From contig CALBFP010000001.1 of NCBI GenBank assembly GCA_937894115.1, forward strand, positions 14,245 to 78,244: 64,000 bases of DNA, given 5' to 3'. Position 1 is the stretch's first letter. Every line of letters starts with the position of its first letter. Positions 30,049 to 40,649 of this stretch are shown piece after piece. The notes below the pieces were generated by a model that saw only the letters and a program-made list of their open reading frames with translations, was not told the origin of the DNA and made no database searches. A program made the position numbers and the translations under genes. This DNA is from an uncultured euryarchaeote (GTDB taxonomy: Archaea > Thermoplasmatota > Poseidoniia > Poseidoniales > Poseidoniaceae).

Positions 30049-32607
30049 ATGGGTGACCCGGTAATTGTTGAAGGCTTTGCCTCCATCGCTATTTTGCCGC
30101 TCATCCTAGCTGGCACAATCGCTCTGTTGTTTTGGCGGACCGTTGTTCCACGACAATTGCGTGGTCTGCAGGTCGCCTTCGAAACCGGGCCGAAACGGTA
30201 TGAGGTCCACACCGTAACCGAATCCTTCAACGAAGCCCGAGATCTTCTTCGAAGTCGTGGGATGCGATTTGGTGTTGCAACCTATTTGTTTGCGCTTACA
30301 GGAGCGCTGTTGTTGTTTTTCGAATACATTATTTTCGCTCAAGGCAAGAGCGATGGTTTTCACACGCCCAACATCGCACTGGCACTTATTCTCATCATTC
30401 TCCCTGCTGTGATATCCTCAGGTTCTTCGCTTGGTGCCCAGATCATAAAACCCATCGGCCATGGGAAGGCGAAATTGCAGGATTCAAGCAGCGCAAGAAA
30501 CACTGGATACATCGTACTCACCGTTTTTTGGTTCATTGGTGTTGGTTTGTTTTACTCCATTCTCAAAACGTGGGATGTTTCTTTTACGCACCGTTTAAGC
30601 GCATCCCTGCTTCTTGCGTTCTCGCCGTCCATTGTTGCTTATGGCAGGGTTATGGGCACATCATGGCAAGCACTTCGGCAATCCTCTGCCCAGATTGCAC
30701 GAGGAAATGCATCACCATTTCACAATCACAAACCAAATGCTCGACAACAGGTTATCGCTCGAATTGTTCACTTGAATACACTAGCAATGCCTCTTGTTGC
30801 AATCAATACGTTGCTGTCGCTTATCGCCATCGTCGTAGCACCAGAGTTGTTCACACACTCTCAACAGGTCGAAAACCTACCCGAATATCGGCCACAAGCA
30901 ACAATCATGGAGGAGGGCGGTATTCTCGGGTTCTTCCTCATCGAATTGTTTTCCAACATCCCTGATGAGGGACTTCGATTCCCGCTCGTCACCTCAGTCT
31001 TGATGTTCCTGCTCCTCAACGTTGCTTTGGTTGGATTCCTGTTTGTTTACGAGGTTGCAAGAATCCTATTTCTTGATGTCCAAGATGTATCCGGTCGTGG
31101 AGGTATTCGTTTGGCCGACAGTCGATTGTTAAGGGCCGAACGATCGCAACAAGCCAAGGTTCTGAACTTTTGCTTTACCGGTTTCGCAGGTCAGTCAATG
31201 CTGCTTTTGGCCCTCGCCATGATCACATTCTGGGATTCAAGCTTCCTTCCTCAAGGAGAGAGTTGCGGAACCTGGGAAAACACACTTTGCGCATATCTCG
31301 AAAAGGATGCCATGGAAGAATTAACTTGGATGCTTGCTTCTGCAGGACAGATCTGTTTTCTTCTCATTTGGCTCACCTCACTCCAAGTCGGTTCAAAACT
31401 TGATGACATTACCTTCGATGCCAGCATCAGTGGTCAGCGCCAGATGTTAACCCAAATGGAAGACATGATTTATCTCAAACAACGCCCGTTTACGGAACTC
31501 ATTGCCAAGGATGCATGGACAAAAGCCATCGAACACTATGATGAAATTTTGAATCCAACAGAGTCGTCCACGCAAGGCCTCGACTTGCTTCGAGAGACAG
31601 GAGCGAAAATGCAACTCTTTGCGGGCTTGAATCGTTGGGAAGAAGCCGAGGAGAATGCTGTTTCATTGCTTGCTTTACAAACCGGTCGAGATGCTCAAGT
31701 TGCACGATTGATTCTCGCTGCTGCAAGTTTGTGTCAACGCGACCTTCCTGAGGCAGCGCCTCGACTTGCTCTATTGAATAAAAGCGACATTGAAGCAGCA
31801 CGTTTGCATTGGTTTGCAGCCGTACTAAACCCTCGCCGAAGTGTTCCCAGCGCATCACAACCTGTTCTAAGCATCGATCCGCTCATGCGACGAAACATCG
31901 ACTTGCTGAAACGAACTGCTGAAGGCAATCCACGAGGGAACACCACATATCGCAACAAACCCGGTGACCGTCTTATGCTTCTGGGTGATTGTGCCCGAAT
32001 GCGTTTGGAGGACCGTAGTGAGGAAGCGCTATCGATGCTGGAGTCGTTCATGAAGAAACATGCACAACATGCAGACCTACCAGCCACAGAATGGACGCAA
32101 GGACGAGTGGTCGTTGCATTGTTGCATCTGGACGCAGGACGGCCGAATACTGCTGTACGAGTTGCGCGAGAATTGCGAATGAAAGAACCGCGCCACCCTC
32201 ATGTTCGCTCATTGATTCGAATTCTCAACGAATTGGGACTTCTTGATGCTATGGCAACCGAACCAACAAAAATTACCATGCTTGTTGATTCAGGAGAAGA
32301 TTGGATGCGCGACTGGCCCATTCTCCACACCGTGCACGTTTCGCCGCATTTGGGATCCACAAAATCAAGAAAGCATGCTGGCCGGGCAAACGCTTGGATT
32401 GTACATTCCAAAGACCAATCTGTTTCAAAATTCTACAAGAAGCGCAATTTGTGGAAAAAGATTCCTTACACTGGAGAAAACCAGATGCCTCATGGACTTC
32501 ATCTTCACCTCTACGGAATCATCACGACAATCGCAGGTATGCCAGTTGACCTTGGATTGCCCTGCGGAATCAATGTTGATGACCTGATGTTACGTGGTCT
32601 ATTCTAA
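30049..32607 (+). CDS. large hypothetical protein: ~9-10 TM N-terminal half plus TPR-like helical C-terminal half
   Basis: 852-aa ORF with hydrophobic segments to ~aa 445, then Ala/Leu/Arg-rich helical repeats. Confidence 0.75.
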   Translation: MGDPVIVEGFASIAILPLILAGTIALLFWRTVVPRQLRGLQVAFETGPKRYEVHTVTESFNEARDLLRSRGMRFGVATYLFALTGALLLFFEYIIFAQGKSDGFHTPNIALALILIILPAVISSGSSLGAQIIKPIGHGKAKLQDSSSARNTGYIVLTVFWFIGVGLFYSILKTWDVSFTHRLSASLLLAFSPSIVAYGRVMGTSWQALRQSSAQIARGNASPFHNHKPNARQQVIARIVHLNTLAMPLVAINTLLSLIAIVVAPELFTHSQQVENLPEYRPQATIMEEGGILGFFLIELFSNIPDEGLRFPLVTSVLMFLLLNVALVGFLFVYEVARILFLDVQDVSGRGGIRLADSRLLRAERSQQAKVLNFCFTGFAGQSMLLLALAMITFWDSSFLPQGESCGTWENTLCAYLEKDAMEELTWMLASAGQICFLLIWLTSLQVGSKLDDITFDASISGQRQMLTQMEDMIYLKQRPFTELIAKDAWTKAIEHYDEILNPTESSTQGLDLLRETGAKMQLFAGLNRWEEAEENAVSLLALQTGRDAQVARLILAAASLCQRDLPEAAPRLALLNKSDIEAARLHWFAAVLNPRRSVPSASQPVLSIDPLMRRNIDLLKRTAEGNPRGNTTYRNKPGDRLMLLGDCARMRLEDRSEEALSMLESFMKKHAQHADLPATEWTQGRVVVALLHLDAGRPNTAVRVARELRMKEPRHPHVRSLIRILNELGLLDAMATEPTKITMLVDSGEDWMRDWPILHTVHVSPHLGSTKSRKHAGRANAWIVHSKDQSVSKFYKKRNLWKKIPYTGENQMPHGLHLHLYGIITTIAGMPVDLGLPCGINVDDLMLRGLF

Positions 32608-34371
32608 TCAGACACGCCTGCGCAGACGCTCCATTGAAGCATCTGCTTGTCCAAGTTGGTCCAAAGCAGCCTCAATTTGACCCGCATTAAGTCGCTCTTC
32701 GGCGATGGACAATGCGGCCTCTGTTTGCTTCATATCCTCATCAGAATACGGAATGCTCGACGCATCGCACTGATTTCTCAAGACGGTCCACTCCTGTCGT
32801 ACAAAGTCGAGGAGCGCTTTTGCTTCATCCTGCTCATTTCCTAGCGCATCCAAGTCAGTGGTAAGGCGTTCAAGTAAGGTTGCAGCATGACTCCACTGAC
32901 GCTCATCGGCCGATTGTTGTACCTGTTGGAGACGATTGTTCCAATCTTCTGCGTCTTCAAGCGTTTCAAACCGCTGGATAAGTTTCTTTCGTTGACGCAG
33001 AGCACGTCGGACAATTTCCATCGCCTCCCGTTCAACCTGAATGACGCGAATGACGCCTTCAGCAAGGCCAATCGATTGACCTGTATCACCGGCTTCAAGA
33101 GCATCTTCTGCATGCTCAAGTCGTTGTTCAAGTTCCGTTGTATCAAAGCCGTCGCTTGATTTCAGCGCTTTTGCTGCATCCTTCAATACCTCGATTGCTC
33201 GCTCGCGTGCATCACCATCAGCTTGCAGTTGTATCGGAACAACACATGCCAATTCGAAGGCTTTCTTTGGGGCTTCACGTTCGAGTTGCTTCTTAGCATC
33301 GCGAATGATTTGTCTCAACCCCTCGATGTTTGCACCGGATTGACCCGTAAGCAATTCTTCAGCGACTCGTATCGATTCCTCGGCTTTTTCCCACCATGCG
33401 ACAATTTCTTGCGCTCGACGCTTCGCCTGACGAAACAAAACCTCCGCCTCTCTTAACGAGCCCAGCGTTACTTCTCGCTCCCCCATTTCGTAGGATTTTC
33501 TTGGTCGTTTTGCTAAAGGTGCCATCGCTTCAGCATCCTCAATCACCAACAGTGCTTCACGACGAACAACATCGACATCTGTAGCAAGCGAGAGCGAGCG
33601 CTCCATGTCTTCTGAAGCCTCTCGAAGAAGGCGTATTCCAAACAGAGGATCGATATGACCTTCTTGTTTTGCAGTCATTACAAGACTGCTGGCCTGATCT
33701 ACAGCAGCGCCTTGGGAGCGTAGAACCAAGAGGCGATTTTCGATTGAATCCAGTTCTTTTCGGAACATCTTTCGCTCTTCTCGCATGTCGTCACCTGCGA
33801 ACCACAAATATGCCACATGACCCAAGACAAGTATGCTCAGAAGTGGGTGCCCCCAGTCGCTCATATCATCAATCCAGGTTTGACCGGCACGGTCGCCGAT
33901 GAGCATTCCGAGGACCGTGAGCCCTCCAATACCTGTCATCATCGCTCGGAACCGCAGAACATCAATACCACCACGGAGTGTTTGCGCCGACGAGCGGTAC
34001 ATGGCCAGACCAAGCCCGGCAAACAGCAACGCAGCAAGCAAGGAGGACAAATCCGTGGAAAAGGCCCGTATGGAAAACATCGACAAAACGGGCCAAATAA
34101 TGCTGGAAGCAGCTCCAATACGCGTTCTTGCCCGAGGATCATCCAAAATTAAATCTTGAATCACAATTCCCCAAAGCAGGACAAGAACCGGCATGCCAAG
34201 TCCAGAAAGAAGACTCGCATCACCGGCAAATGCATCTTTGAGGACAGGCCAAGCCAACCAAACTGCGCCGCTTAAGCAAAAGAGAGCACAGATGGTACTC
34301 AATCGTTCGATTCTTTGAATTCTGAGCAAGCGTTCGGCTTTAATCGCCTCATCCACATCGCCCCAGAGCAT
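32608..34371 (-). CDS. membrane-anchored helical/coiled-coil hypothetical protein
   Basis: About six N-terminal TMs followed by ~390 aa of E/A/R/L-rich helical bundle repeats; ATG 34371. Confidence 0.75.
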   Translation of the reverse strand: MLWGDVDEAIKAERLLRIQRIERLSTICALFCLSGAVWLAWPVLKDAFAGDASLLSGLGMPVLVLLWGIVIQDLILDDPRARTRIGAASSIIWPVLSMFSIRAFSTDLSSLLAALLFAGLGLAMYRSSAQTLRGGIDVLRFRAMMTGIGGLTVLGMLIGDRAGQTWIDDMSDWGHPLLSILVLGHVAYLWFAGDDMREERKMFRKELDSIENRLLVLRSQGAAVDQASSLVMTAKQEGHIDPLFGIRLLREASEDMERSLSLATDVDVVRREALLVIEDAEAMAPLAKRPRKSYEMGEREVTLGSLREAEVLFRQAKRRAQEIVAWWEKAEESIRVAEELLTGQSGANIEGLRQIIRDAKKQLEREAPKKAFELACVVPIQLQADGDARERAIEVLKDAAKALKSSDGFDTTELEQRLEHAEDALEAGDTGQSIGLAEGVIRVIQVEREAMEIVRRALRQRKKLIQRFETLEDAEDWNNRLQQVQQSADERQWSHAATLLERLTTDLDALGNEQDEAKALLDFVRQEWTVLRNQCDASSIPYSDEDMKQTEAALSIAEERLNAGQIEAALDQLGQADASMERLRRRV

Positions 34372-34479
34372 GATTGTACCAGAACCGGTTTTGATGATGA
34401 ACCCACCGACTCTTTGCATACTGTTGGGCAACAATGTTCAAGGGTGTGCTTGGATGGTTGGCAACGAAGGGGACATGCC

Positions 34480-35424
34480 ATGAAAGGACTCATCACGATG
34501 GACGATTTGACCAACGAAGACATATACAACATTCTGGCAGATGCTGAGCGGCTCCTTCCCGTTGCACGAGGAGAAACCTACCTACCTCTCCTGAAGGGGA
34601 AAATTCTCGGCAATCTCTTTTTCGAACCGAGCACACGTACGAGGATGTCGTTTGAAACAGCGATGAAGCGACTTGGTGGCGATGTTGTTAATCTAGGGGA
34701 TGTCAAAACATCCTCTGTAGTCAAAGGGGAAACCTTGTTCGATACCATTCAGATGGTTGACGGATACACCGATATCATCGCTATGCGACATCCGAGACAA
34801 GGTGCTGCACGATACGCACAAGATGCAGCGGGCGTTCCGATTCTTAACGGCGGTGATGGCGCAGGTCACCACCCAACACAAACCATGCTCGACCTGTTTA
34901 CCATCCAACAATCCCATGGCTCAATCGAAGGATTGACGGTTATTCTCGCCGGTGATCTTCGTTATGGACGAACCGTCCACAGCCTGTCGCACGCTCTTGT
35001 TCGATTTGGTTGTCGTTTGATTTTTGCATCCCCCGAGTTGTTGCGTATGCCAACAGAAATCGTTGAAGATTTGCGTGAGCACGGTGCTGATGTCACAGAA
35101 ACCGAAGACCTACTCGGCAACATCAACAAAGCAGACGTCGTGTACATGACCCGAATCCAAAAAGAACGATTCGCTGATGAAGATGAATATTCGAAAGTTG
35201 CTGGCGCTTACAAGTTGCATGCAAGGGACCTCGATAATGCAAAATCCGAGATGGTCATATTGCATCCACTACCTCGTGTCGATGAAATCCATCCCAGCGT
35301 TGACCAAACCCGTCATGCTCGTTATTTCGAGCAAGCCTTCAATGGCGTGGTTGCTCGAATGGCATTGCTTTGTCGGTTGTTGGACATCGAAGTTCCCGCT
35401 TCAATCGAAGGAGGTGATGCGTGA
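34480..35424 (+). CDS. pyrB: aspartate carbamoyltransferase catalytic subunit
   Basis: FFEPSTRTRMSFE, KGET..DT, NGGDG...HPTQ, GDLRYGRTVHSL, TRIQKER, LHPLPR. Confidence 0.97.
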   Translation: MKGLITMDDLTNEDIYNILADAERLLPVARGETYLPLLKGKILGNLFFEPSTRTRMSFETAMKRLGGDVVNLGDVKTSSVVKGETLFDTIQMVDGYTDIIAMRHPRQGAARYAQDAAGVPILNGGDGAGHHPTQTMLDLFTIQQSHGSIEGLTVILAGDLRYGRTVHSLSHALVRFGCRLIFASPELLRMPTEIVEDLREHGADVTETEDLLGNINKADVVYMTRIQKERFADEDEYSKVAGAYKLHARDLDNAKSEMVILHPLPRVDEIHPSVDQTRHARYFEQAFNGVVARMALLCRLLDIEVPASIEGGDA

Positions 35425-35900
35425 TGGTAGGCGAACACAACATGCGAAGGGTTACAGCCATCAAAAACGGCACTGTCATCGACCACATACCGTCCGGTCA
35501 AGCGCTTAAAGTGCTTGAATTGTTGAACCTCTCTGGAGATACTTCGGTTCCCGTTTCCCTTGTTATGAACGTACCTTCCAAGAAGATGGGGGCAAAAGAC
35601 ATCATCAAAGTTGAAGATCGTGAATTAACTCAATCTGAACTCGATCGATTGGCTTTGGTAGCTCCAGACTCCAGCATTGCCATCATTCGAGCGTATTCAG
35701 TGGCTGAGAAATTGAACGTCAATCTCGGCGAGGAGGTTCGAAACGTTGTTCGTTGCACATTCTCCAATTGCATCACCCAAAATCCTCGAGAGCCGTTGCC
35801 GCACCGACTACGAGTTGCGAAAACCGCTCCGTTAACACTGCGTTGCCATTATTGCGAGCGTCCACAAGATTTGAGCAAACTAATCCGTAATCTCATCTAA
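35424..35900 (+). CDS. pyrI: aspartate carbamoyltransferase regulatory subunit
   Basis: AIKNGTVIDHI, KDIIKVE, Zn ligands C....CIT and C.YCE; coupled to pyrB. Confidence 0.95.
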   Translation: MVGEHNMRRVTAIKNGTVIDHIPSGQALKVLELLNLSGDTSVPVSLVMNVPSKKMGAKDIIKVEDRELTQSELDRLALVAPDSSIAIIRAYSVAEKLNVNLGEEVRNVVRCTFSNCITQNPREPLPHRLRVAKTAPLTLRCHYCERPQDLSKLIRNLI

Positions 35901-36887
35901 ATCAACGTCGAGTAAATCACGCATATCGCATGCTTTGCATGTCGCTCCGGATGTTGGTGATCCACAGCGTTCACACGTTGTCGGGTGCGATTGAATCAGA
36001 GGGGTCCCTCTGCGTGCGACCTGTTTGATGTTGTCGGACATGCGGACAAGGCTGTGTCGCGTACCAGGGACATCTTGTTCCAGCTGAGCAACGATGTCTC
36101 GATATCGCCATCGAAGTGCCCCTTGGGCGTATGGACACTCCTCATGATGGATTGGGAGTTGTTTGTGTAAAGCGAGAAGGTGAATTTCCTGCTCTGGTAT
36201 CCACCGTAAAGGAACGATTCGAGGAGGTAGTCCATTCACTGGAGCGTCTGTATGAGGGGCCAGACGAAGGGTTCGATCAATATCTCCATTGGTCATGTTC
36301 ATTAAAACGGTTTGAGCCATGTCATCCAGGTTGTGTCCAAGAGCAACGACATCGGCGTTGACTTGTTTTGCAAGGGCATTGATGCCCTGTCGGCGAAATA
36401 CGCCACAATACGAACAAGGCATTGTGGACACCCGTTCTTTCGATTCTGAAATCACAGGAAGCCGTTTTACAACATCGTCCATGTGTTTGAAATTGAGTTG
36501 TTTGTAGGTTGTGGTGATGAACTCGACACCGAGATCATCGCACAAATCAATTGCACACTGCAATGAGGGTGGACGGTAGCCGTCTATACCTTCATCAACA
36601 CAACCCGCAACGATGCGGACGTCTCTACGCATGCCAATCAAATCCACGAGAACCGTTAACAGGATTGCTGAGTCTTTACCCCCAGAGATTGCTACAAACA
36701 CAGTCGTTGGTTTCGACTTGTCGAGATACAACTGCTTTCGCAACTCTTTACCCACTTTCTTACGTATGGATTTCTCCAAATGATGTCCACACAAAATTCG
36801 GCCAGAATAGGCTTGTTCAACAACTGCATCCCTTCCGCACACATCGCAGACTGGTGCCTGAAATGGACTCTGGGTTGCCTCGGCCAT
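35880..36887 (-). CDS. tRNA 2-thiolation protein, TtuA/Ncs6/NcsA (TIGR00269) family
   Basis: N-terminal CxxC...C..H, SGGKDS PP-loop, CSYCGVFRR, GHNLDD, CPY, C-terminal CxxC...CxxC. Confidence 0.9.
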   Translation of the reverse strand: MAEATQSPFQAPVCDVCGRDAVVEQAYSGRILCGHHLEKSIRKKVGKELRKQLYLDKSKPTTVFVAISGGKDSAILLTVLVDLIGMRRDVRIVAGCVDEGIDGYRPPSLQCAIDLCDDLGVEFITTTYKQLNFKHMDDVVKRLPVISESKERVSTMPCSYCGVFRRQGINALAKQVNADVVALGHNLDDMAQTVLMNMTNGDIDRTLRLAPHTDAPVNGLPPRIVPLRWIPEQEIHLLALHKQLPIHHEECPYAQGALRWRYRDIVAQLEQDVPGTRHSLVRMSDNIKQVARRGTPLIQSHPTTCERCGSPTSGATCKACDMRDLLDVDLDEITD

Positions 36888-36928
36888 GTCGATTGGTCAC
36901 ATCACCTCCATTAAACGCCTCCGATTGT

Positions 36929-37112
36929 TGAATTAAAAAAATTAAAATTTCAATTGGATTTTTGAAAATTCAATTCAAATATTTGCAAAAATTTTCCTCT
37001 TTTCGACCGAGGAATGCGCGGAAAAGTGTAGCATATTGTTCCACCGCGTTCGCCGTTTTGAAAATTTGCAGTTGGATTTTTACTTTAGGTTGCCAAATCC
37101 CCCTACGGGGGA
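36929..37112. other. AT-rich intergenic region with direct repeats and hairpins
   Basis: Only 9 G/C in 36929-36995; repeats AAAATTTCAATTGGATTTTT (36944-36963) and AAAATTTGCAGTTGGATTTTT (37061-37081); imperfect hairpin 37012-37051; TCCCCC-TAC-GGGGGA at 37098-37112. Confidence 0.7.
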
Positions 37113-37167
37113 AGAGTTTCGGGAAAGTTCTTGAATGCCACGCTGTTGTCAAACGCTTTGGGCTGGC

Positions 37168-37509
37168 ATGTCGGAGAGGTTGTTTTCTCAACTTTGCGGA
37201 CTTAACGGTGCAAACCACGTCCGATTAATCGATCAATTTGGCAGTGTTCTCAATTCCACTAAAAAATGGCCAGAAACTGCAGAGGAACAACGTCAGCAAT
37301 GGGCGTATTGTTGCTCAATCAGTGAAAAACTCGGCCTTGGTACATTGTTCGAAGCGTGGATTGAAGGCCGGCGATTAACCCTCTACGATCGTTTCGAGAA
37401 CGATCTCTATGTTCATCTTTCAGGCAAAGATGGGAAAAAAGGCGTTTGGCGATACGAATTGGAGCGCTTGCGACGAGAATGGAATTCAAAACAACCTGAG
37501 GCGATATGA
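37168..37509 (+). CDS. Roadblock/LC7 (MglB)-like small protein
   Basis: L..L.G...VRLIDQFG.VL ... EKLGLG.L.E.WIEG pattern typical of Roadblock domains; ATGA overlap with the next gene. Confidence 0.6.
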   Translation: MSERLFSQLCGLNGANHVRLIDQFGSVLNSTKKWPETAEEQRQQWAYCCSISEKLGLGTLFEAWIEGRRLTLYDRFENDLYVHLSGKDGKKGVWRYELERLRREWNSKQPEAI

Positions 37510-40500
37510 TGTTTGATTTACCGCACATTGAACGAATTGATGATGAAATAGATGTATCACAAGGCACAATTCAGCCTTTTGATTATGGCTTCATCACAAC
37601 ATGGGTGGGGCGACGCAAAACTCCATTTGGCCATCGATTGATTCGTTCAGGTCGCATTGTTGGATGGATTTGTGAAGGTTCAAGCGTCAACAAACTGCTT
37701 GGCGGAGCTGATGCACGTGAAGCCATGGAGGAAGCGGAGAAAAATCAGCACCGTCTGATTGCTTCAAGTTGTTCTTTGCACGGATTTGCCGATTTAGCAG
37801 CGTTACTGCCTGAGGCGTTTGAGTTCCAAGCCGACACGCAAGGTCTGGGCGCGAGAAGTGCACTCAAAGACCGATTGTTTGCTCGAAATATATCAGCAGT
37901 GTTGCAAACCCTCTCGGGTTATGAGCACGTTCGAGGAGGATTGGCTGCAGATCAGGGCATCCTCATCGATAGCATGGGCGATTTGCCAGGCGAACCTGAA
38001 CATCTCGCAGCAACAGTGGCCTCCATTTCCGAAGCAATGAACGCTCAACAAGAAAACCTTGGAGGGGACGGTAACGGTTATGCATCGTTAAACATGGGTG
38101 ATGCATCTTTACTTCTTGCCTCGAGCAGTACGATTGTGCTTGCAATTTGGACCGAATTGGATGCCAATCATGCCCGTCTGTTGACCGATGTGGTTGCGAA
38201 ACTCGATGGTGAAATAGGCACCTATGAGGAAGGATCCGCTTCAATCCCTGACGGATTTGTTCTTCGCGAAGGAAAGGGAGGAGCTGATGCGGTGATGTCG
38301 ATGCTCACTGCTGCGCTCGAAGAACGGGTCACGGGGCATCTTAAGGCGGGTGTAACCGGCACCTCAGTCTCCCTTGCCCTGAACAACGGGCTCCCTGTCG
38401 CAATGGCAGCCAACGGTCAATCGTTTGAAGATGCGATGCTTGGATTGACGGACAGCAAGCGTGTGCTGAAATTGCACAGATTGGCGTCGGGTACGATGGT
38501 ATCCTCAGCCACAGGTGATGTCGAGGAATTTACAATCAAACAGTTTGTTGAAGCCCTGTCAACGGTTCGGACACGATCTGAAAAACGTCGAGATACGATG
38601 GTGCATCGGTTGATGAACATGTACGGGTTTGAGATAGGTCTGGATGATGTTCGGGCTGTTCGTTCGAAGTTGACCATACATGTTGGGGGTCAAGAGATTG
38701 CTCAAACGCTTCCAAGTGTTGCTCCATTGTCTGGGGTTGATGCTGGTTTGCGGCGCCGTTTGGAAGAATCTGAACGACGAGCAGATTCTCTTTTGCGCAC
38801 CAATGCGAGTTTGACGAACCAACTACAAGATGCAGAGAAAGAGCGCACTGAGGCGATGATTCGTCTTGATGAAATCCAGCAATCCTCCGGCCAGCAAACC
38901 GAAACCATTCAATCGAAAAACGATGAATTGAACCGGGTTCAGGTCACTGTTTCAGAATCAAGAACTCGCATGGAACAAGCAGAAGAACGTGCTGATAGGC
39001 TCTTGCGACGAGTCGGTGAGCTCGAACATCAACTCAGCGAGAGAGCGGCTGAATTGGCTAAAACACTGGGCGATACAGAAAGCAGTGAAGCCCTTCGAGA
39101 CGAGCTTGAGACACTGTCAAATCAAGAAGCGACAACACGAGCAGATTTGGAATCGAACGCAGAGAGACTGTCCTCGGTCCGTGATCAAATCGAACTTGAA
39201 GAACGACGATTGCGTTCATTGGAAGAGCAGGTTGCAACACTGCGAGAACGGCAAGCAAACGCACAATCAAAAAGCAATACTTCGGAAGAAAAAATTCGCA
39301 CTGCTCAAGCAAGGCTGGATCAAATTGAAGCTGAAACCCTCACAAGTCGAAGACGAGCGGAGGAGGAACGTCAGAGGCTTGCTGAAGACGAAGCACGCAG
39401 AATGCAACTTCATTCAGAAATGCGTGAGTTAATGGGTGAGCGAAAAGAACTGCTGACAGAGCTTGGAAATCTTGGTGCACGACGAGGTAATGCTGAAACC
39501 GAACTCTCGGGACTGATTGCGCGTGCTGAGGCCCTTACCGATGCACATGAAGAAGCGGTAGCCGATATTGCAGAGGCTGAACGGCTCCGTGCTCGACTTT
39601 CAGAAGAGCCGCTGGCGCAGGCACTGCTCAACGACGATGCAACATTCAGGGGCCTCGGACCCGTTCTGGAGCGTTTAGAACACGCTCGAACCCTCGGATA
39701 TTCTGTCGTCCTTTTGGACCGTGCTGTTGAACGGGCATTGCAGGTTGTTCAATCAACGGTTGATCATATCGCTGCAACGCCACGTCATTTGTTGAGCAGT
39801 GAAGTGATGACGCTTCTTGAGCGTCAGGTTCCACAAACAGCGGGTGCAGTACGAGGTTTGGCTCGATGGTCGGTTCAACAGCGATTGGAAAATCAGCTTG
39901 GGGAAACAGTTGGCCACCTGATTCTCGATTTGGAAGGAATTCTCGAAGATTACGACCGTTCAATTACCATGCTTCGAAGAATGCGCAATGTTTTGGATCA
40001 GTTAGGAAACCTCGGAGCGCCACCCGAAGAGATTGAGGCGCTGCGCATGAATTGCATGCGTCCTGAGGCGTTGCCAAGTGTGGCGATTGAAACGCGGCGA
40101 TTGATTCGAGTAGCCCTCGACGACATCTATCTTGAAGCCGACCAAAGGGATGCTGGTGAAGCAATTGCGCTCGAACAAACGGCTCAAGTTCTTGAGGAGT
40201 TGTTGACACAAATTGATGCCTCAGGGCTTACAAGGGGCGTTCCACGGGGAGCGATGTGGGATTTCCAACGAGACGGATTCTTGCCCTTTGAACGAACCGC
40301 GATACCCGTCGGTCAACGTATACCTGTTGCTGATGAAATGATGGAAAACATTCAGTCCTCATTGGTTGTTGAAGAACATGTTTCACTCGACGCAGAACCG
40401 ACTGTTGTCGAAACAATCGATGAATGGGAAGAGATGCCTGCTCCGAAGGAAGCCGAGCCAACACCTGCCTCATTTGAAGAAGAACATTCGACACCCATCA

Positions 40501-40640
40501 AAGAAGATCGTGCTGATTTGGAAGCCGAATTGGCGCGGATTGATGCCGAACGTAAGCTCCGAAAACCCGAGATCGAACAACCAGCACATGACCCGCGTTT
40601 AGAAGCGCTTCAAGACCAATTGTCTGAATTGGATTTCTGA
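37506..40640 (+). CDS. multidomain protein: DUF2226/PATAN-like, Roadblock/LC7, second PATAN-like, long coiled coil, acidic tail
   Basis: Roadblock-like VLQTLSG...VRGGLAADQGILI...E.LAA...LG...LAIWTE.DANHARL; PATAN-like VTGHL...LALNNG.PV; ~290-aa heptad region; no Walker A motif. Confidence 0.7.
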   Translation: MMFDLPHIERIDDEIDVSQGTIQPFDYGFITTWVGRRKTPFGHRLIRSGRIVGWICEGSSVNKLLGGADAREAMEEAEKNQHRLIASSCSLHGFADLAALLPEAFEFQADTQGLGARSALKDRLFARNISAVLQTLSGYEHVRGGLAADQGILIDSMGDLPGEPEHLAATVASISEAMNAQQENLGGDGNGYASLNMGDASLLLASSSTIVLAIWTELDANHARLLTDVVAKLDGEIGTYEEGSASIPDGFVLREGKGGADAVMSMLTAALEERVTGHLKAGVTGTSVSLALNNGLPVAMAANGQSFEDAMLGLTDSKRVLKLHRLASGTMVSSATGDVEEFTIKQFVEALSTVRTRSEKRRDTMVHRLMNMYGFEIGLDDVRAVRSKLTIHVGGQEIAQTLPSVAPLSGVDAGLRRRLEESERRADSLLRTNASLTNQLQDAEKERTEAMIRLDEIQQSSGQQTETIQSKNDELNRVQVTVSESRTRMEQAEERADRLLRRVGELEHQLSERAAELAKTLGDTESSEALRDELETLSNQEATTRADLESNAERLSSVRDQIELEERRLRSLEEQVATLRERQANAQSKSNTSEEKIRTAQARLDQIEAETLTSRRRAEEERQRLAEDEARRMQLHSEMRELMGERKELLTELGNLGARRGNAETELSGLIARAEALTDAHEEAVADIAEAERLRARLSEEPLAQALLNDDATFRGLGPVLERLEHARTLGYSVVLLDRAVERALQVVQSTVDHIAATPRHLLSSEVMTLLERQVPQTAGAVRGLARWSVQQRLENQLGETVGHLILDLEGILEDYDRSITMLRRMRNVLDQLGNLGAPPEEIEALRMNCMRPEALPSVAIETRRLIRVALDDIYLEADQRDAGEAIALEQTAQVLEELLTQIDASGLTRGVPRGAMWDFQRDGFLPFERTAIPVGQRIPVADEMMENIQSSLVVEEHVSLDAEPTVVETIDEWEEMPAPKEAEPTPASFEEEHSTPIKEDRADLEAELARIDAERKLRKPEIEQPAHDPRLEALQDQLSELDF

Positions 40641-40649
40641 TGTGATTCC

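Noticed and set aside
36962-37228. short ORFs on both strands across the AT-rich gap
   Set aside because: Atypical composition, no RBS and no motif; better explained as non-coding.
37506-40640. SMC/Rad50 chromosome segregation ATPase
   Set aside because: A coiled coil is present, but there is no Walker A/B, signature motif or hinge.
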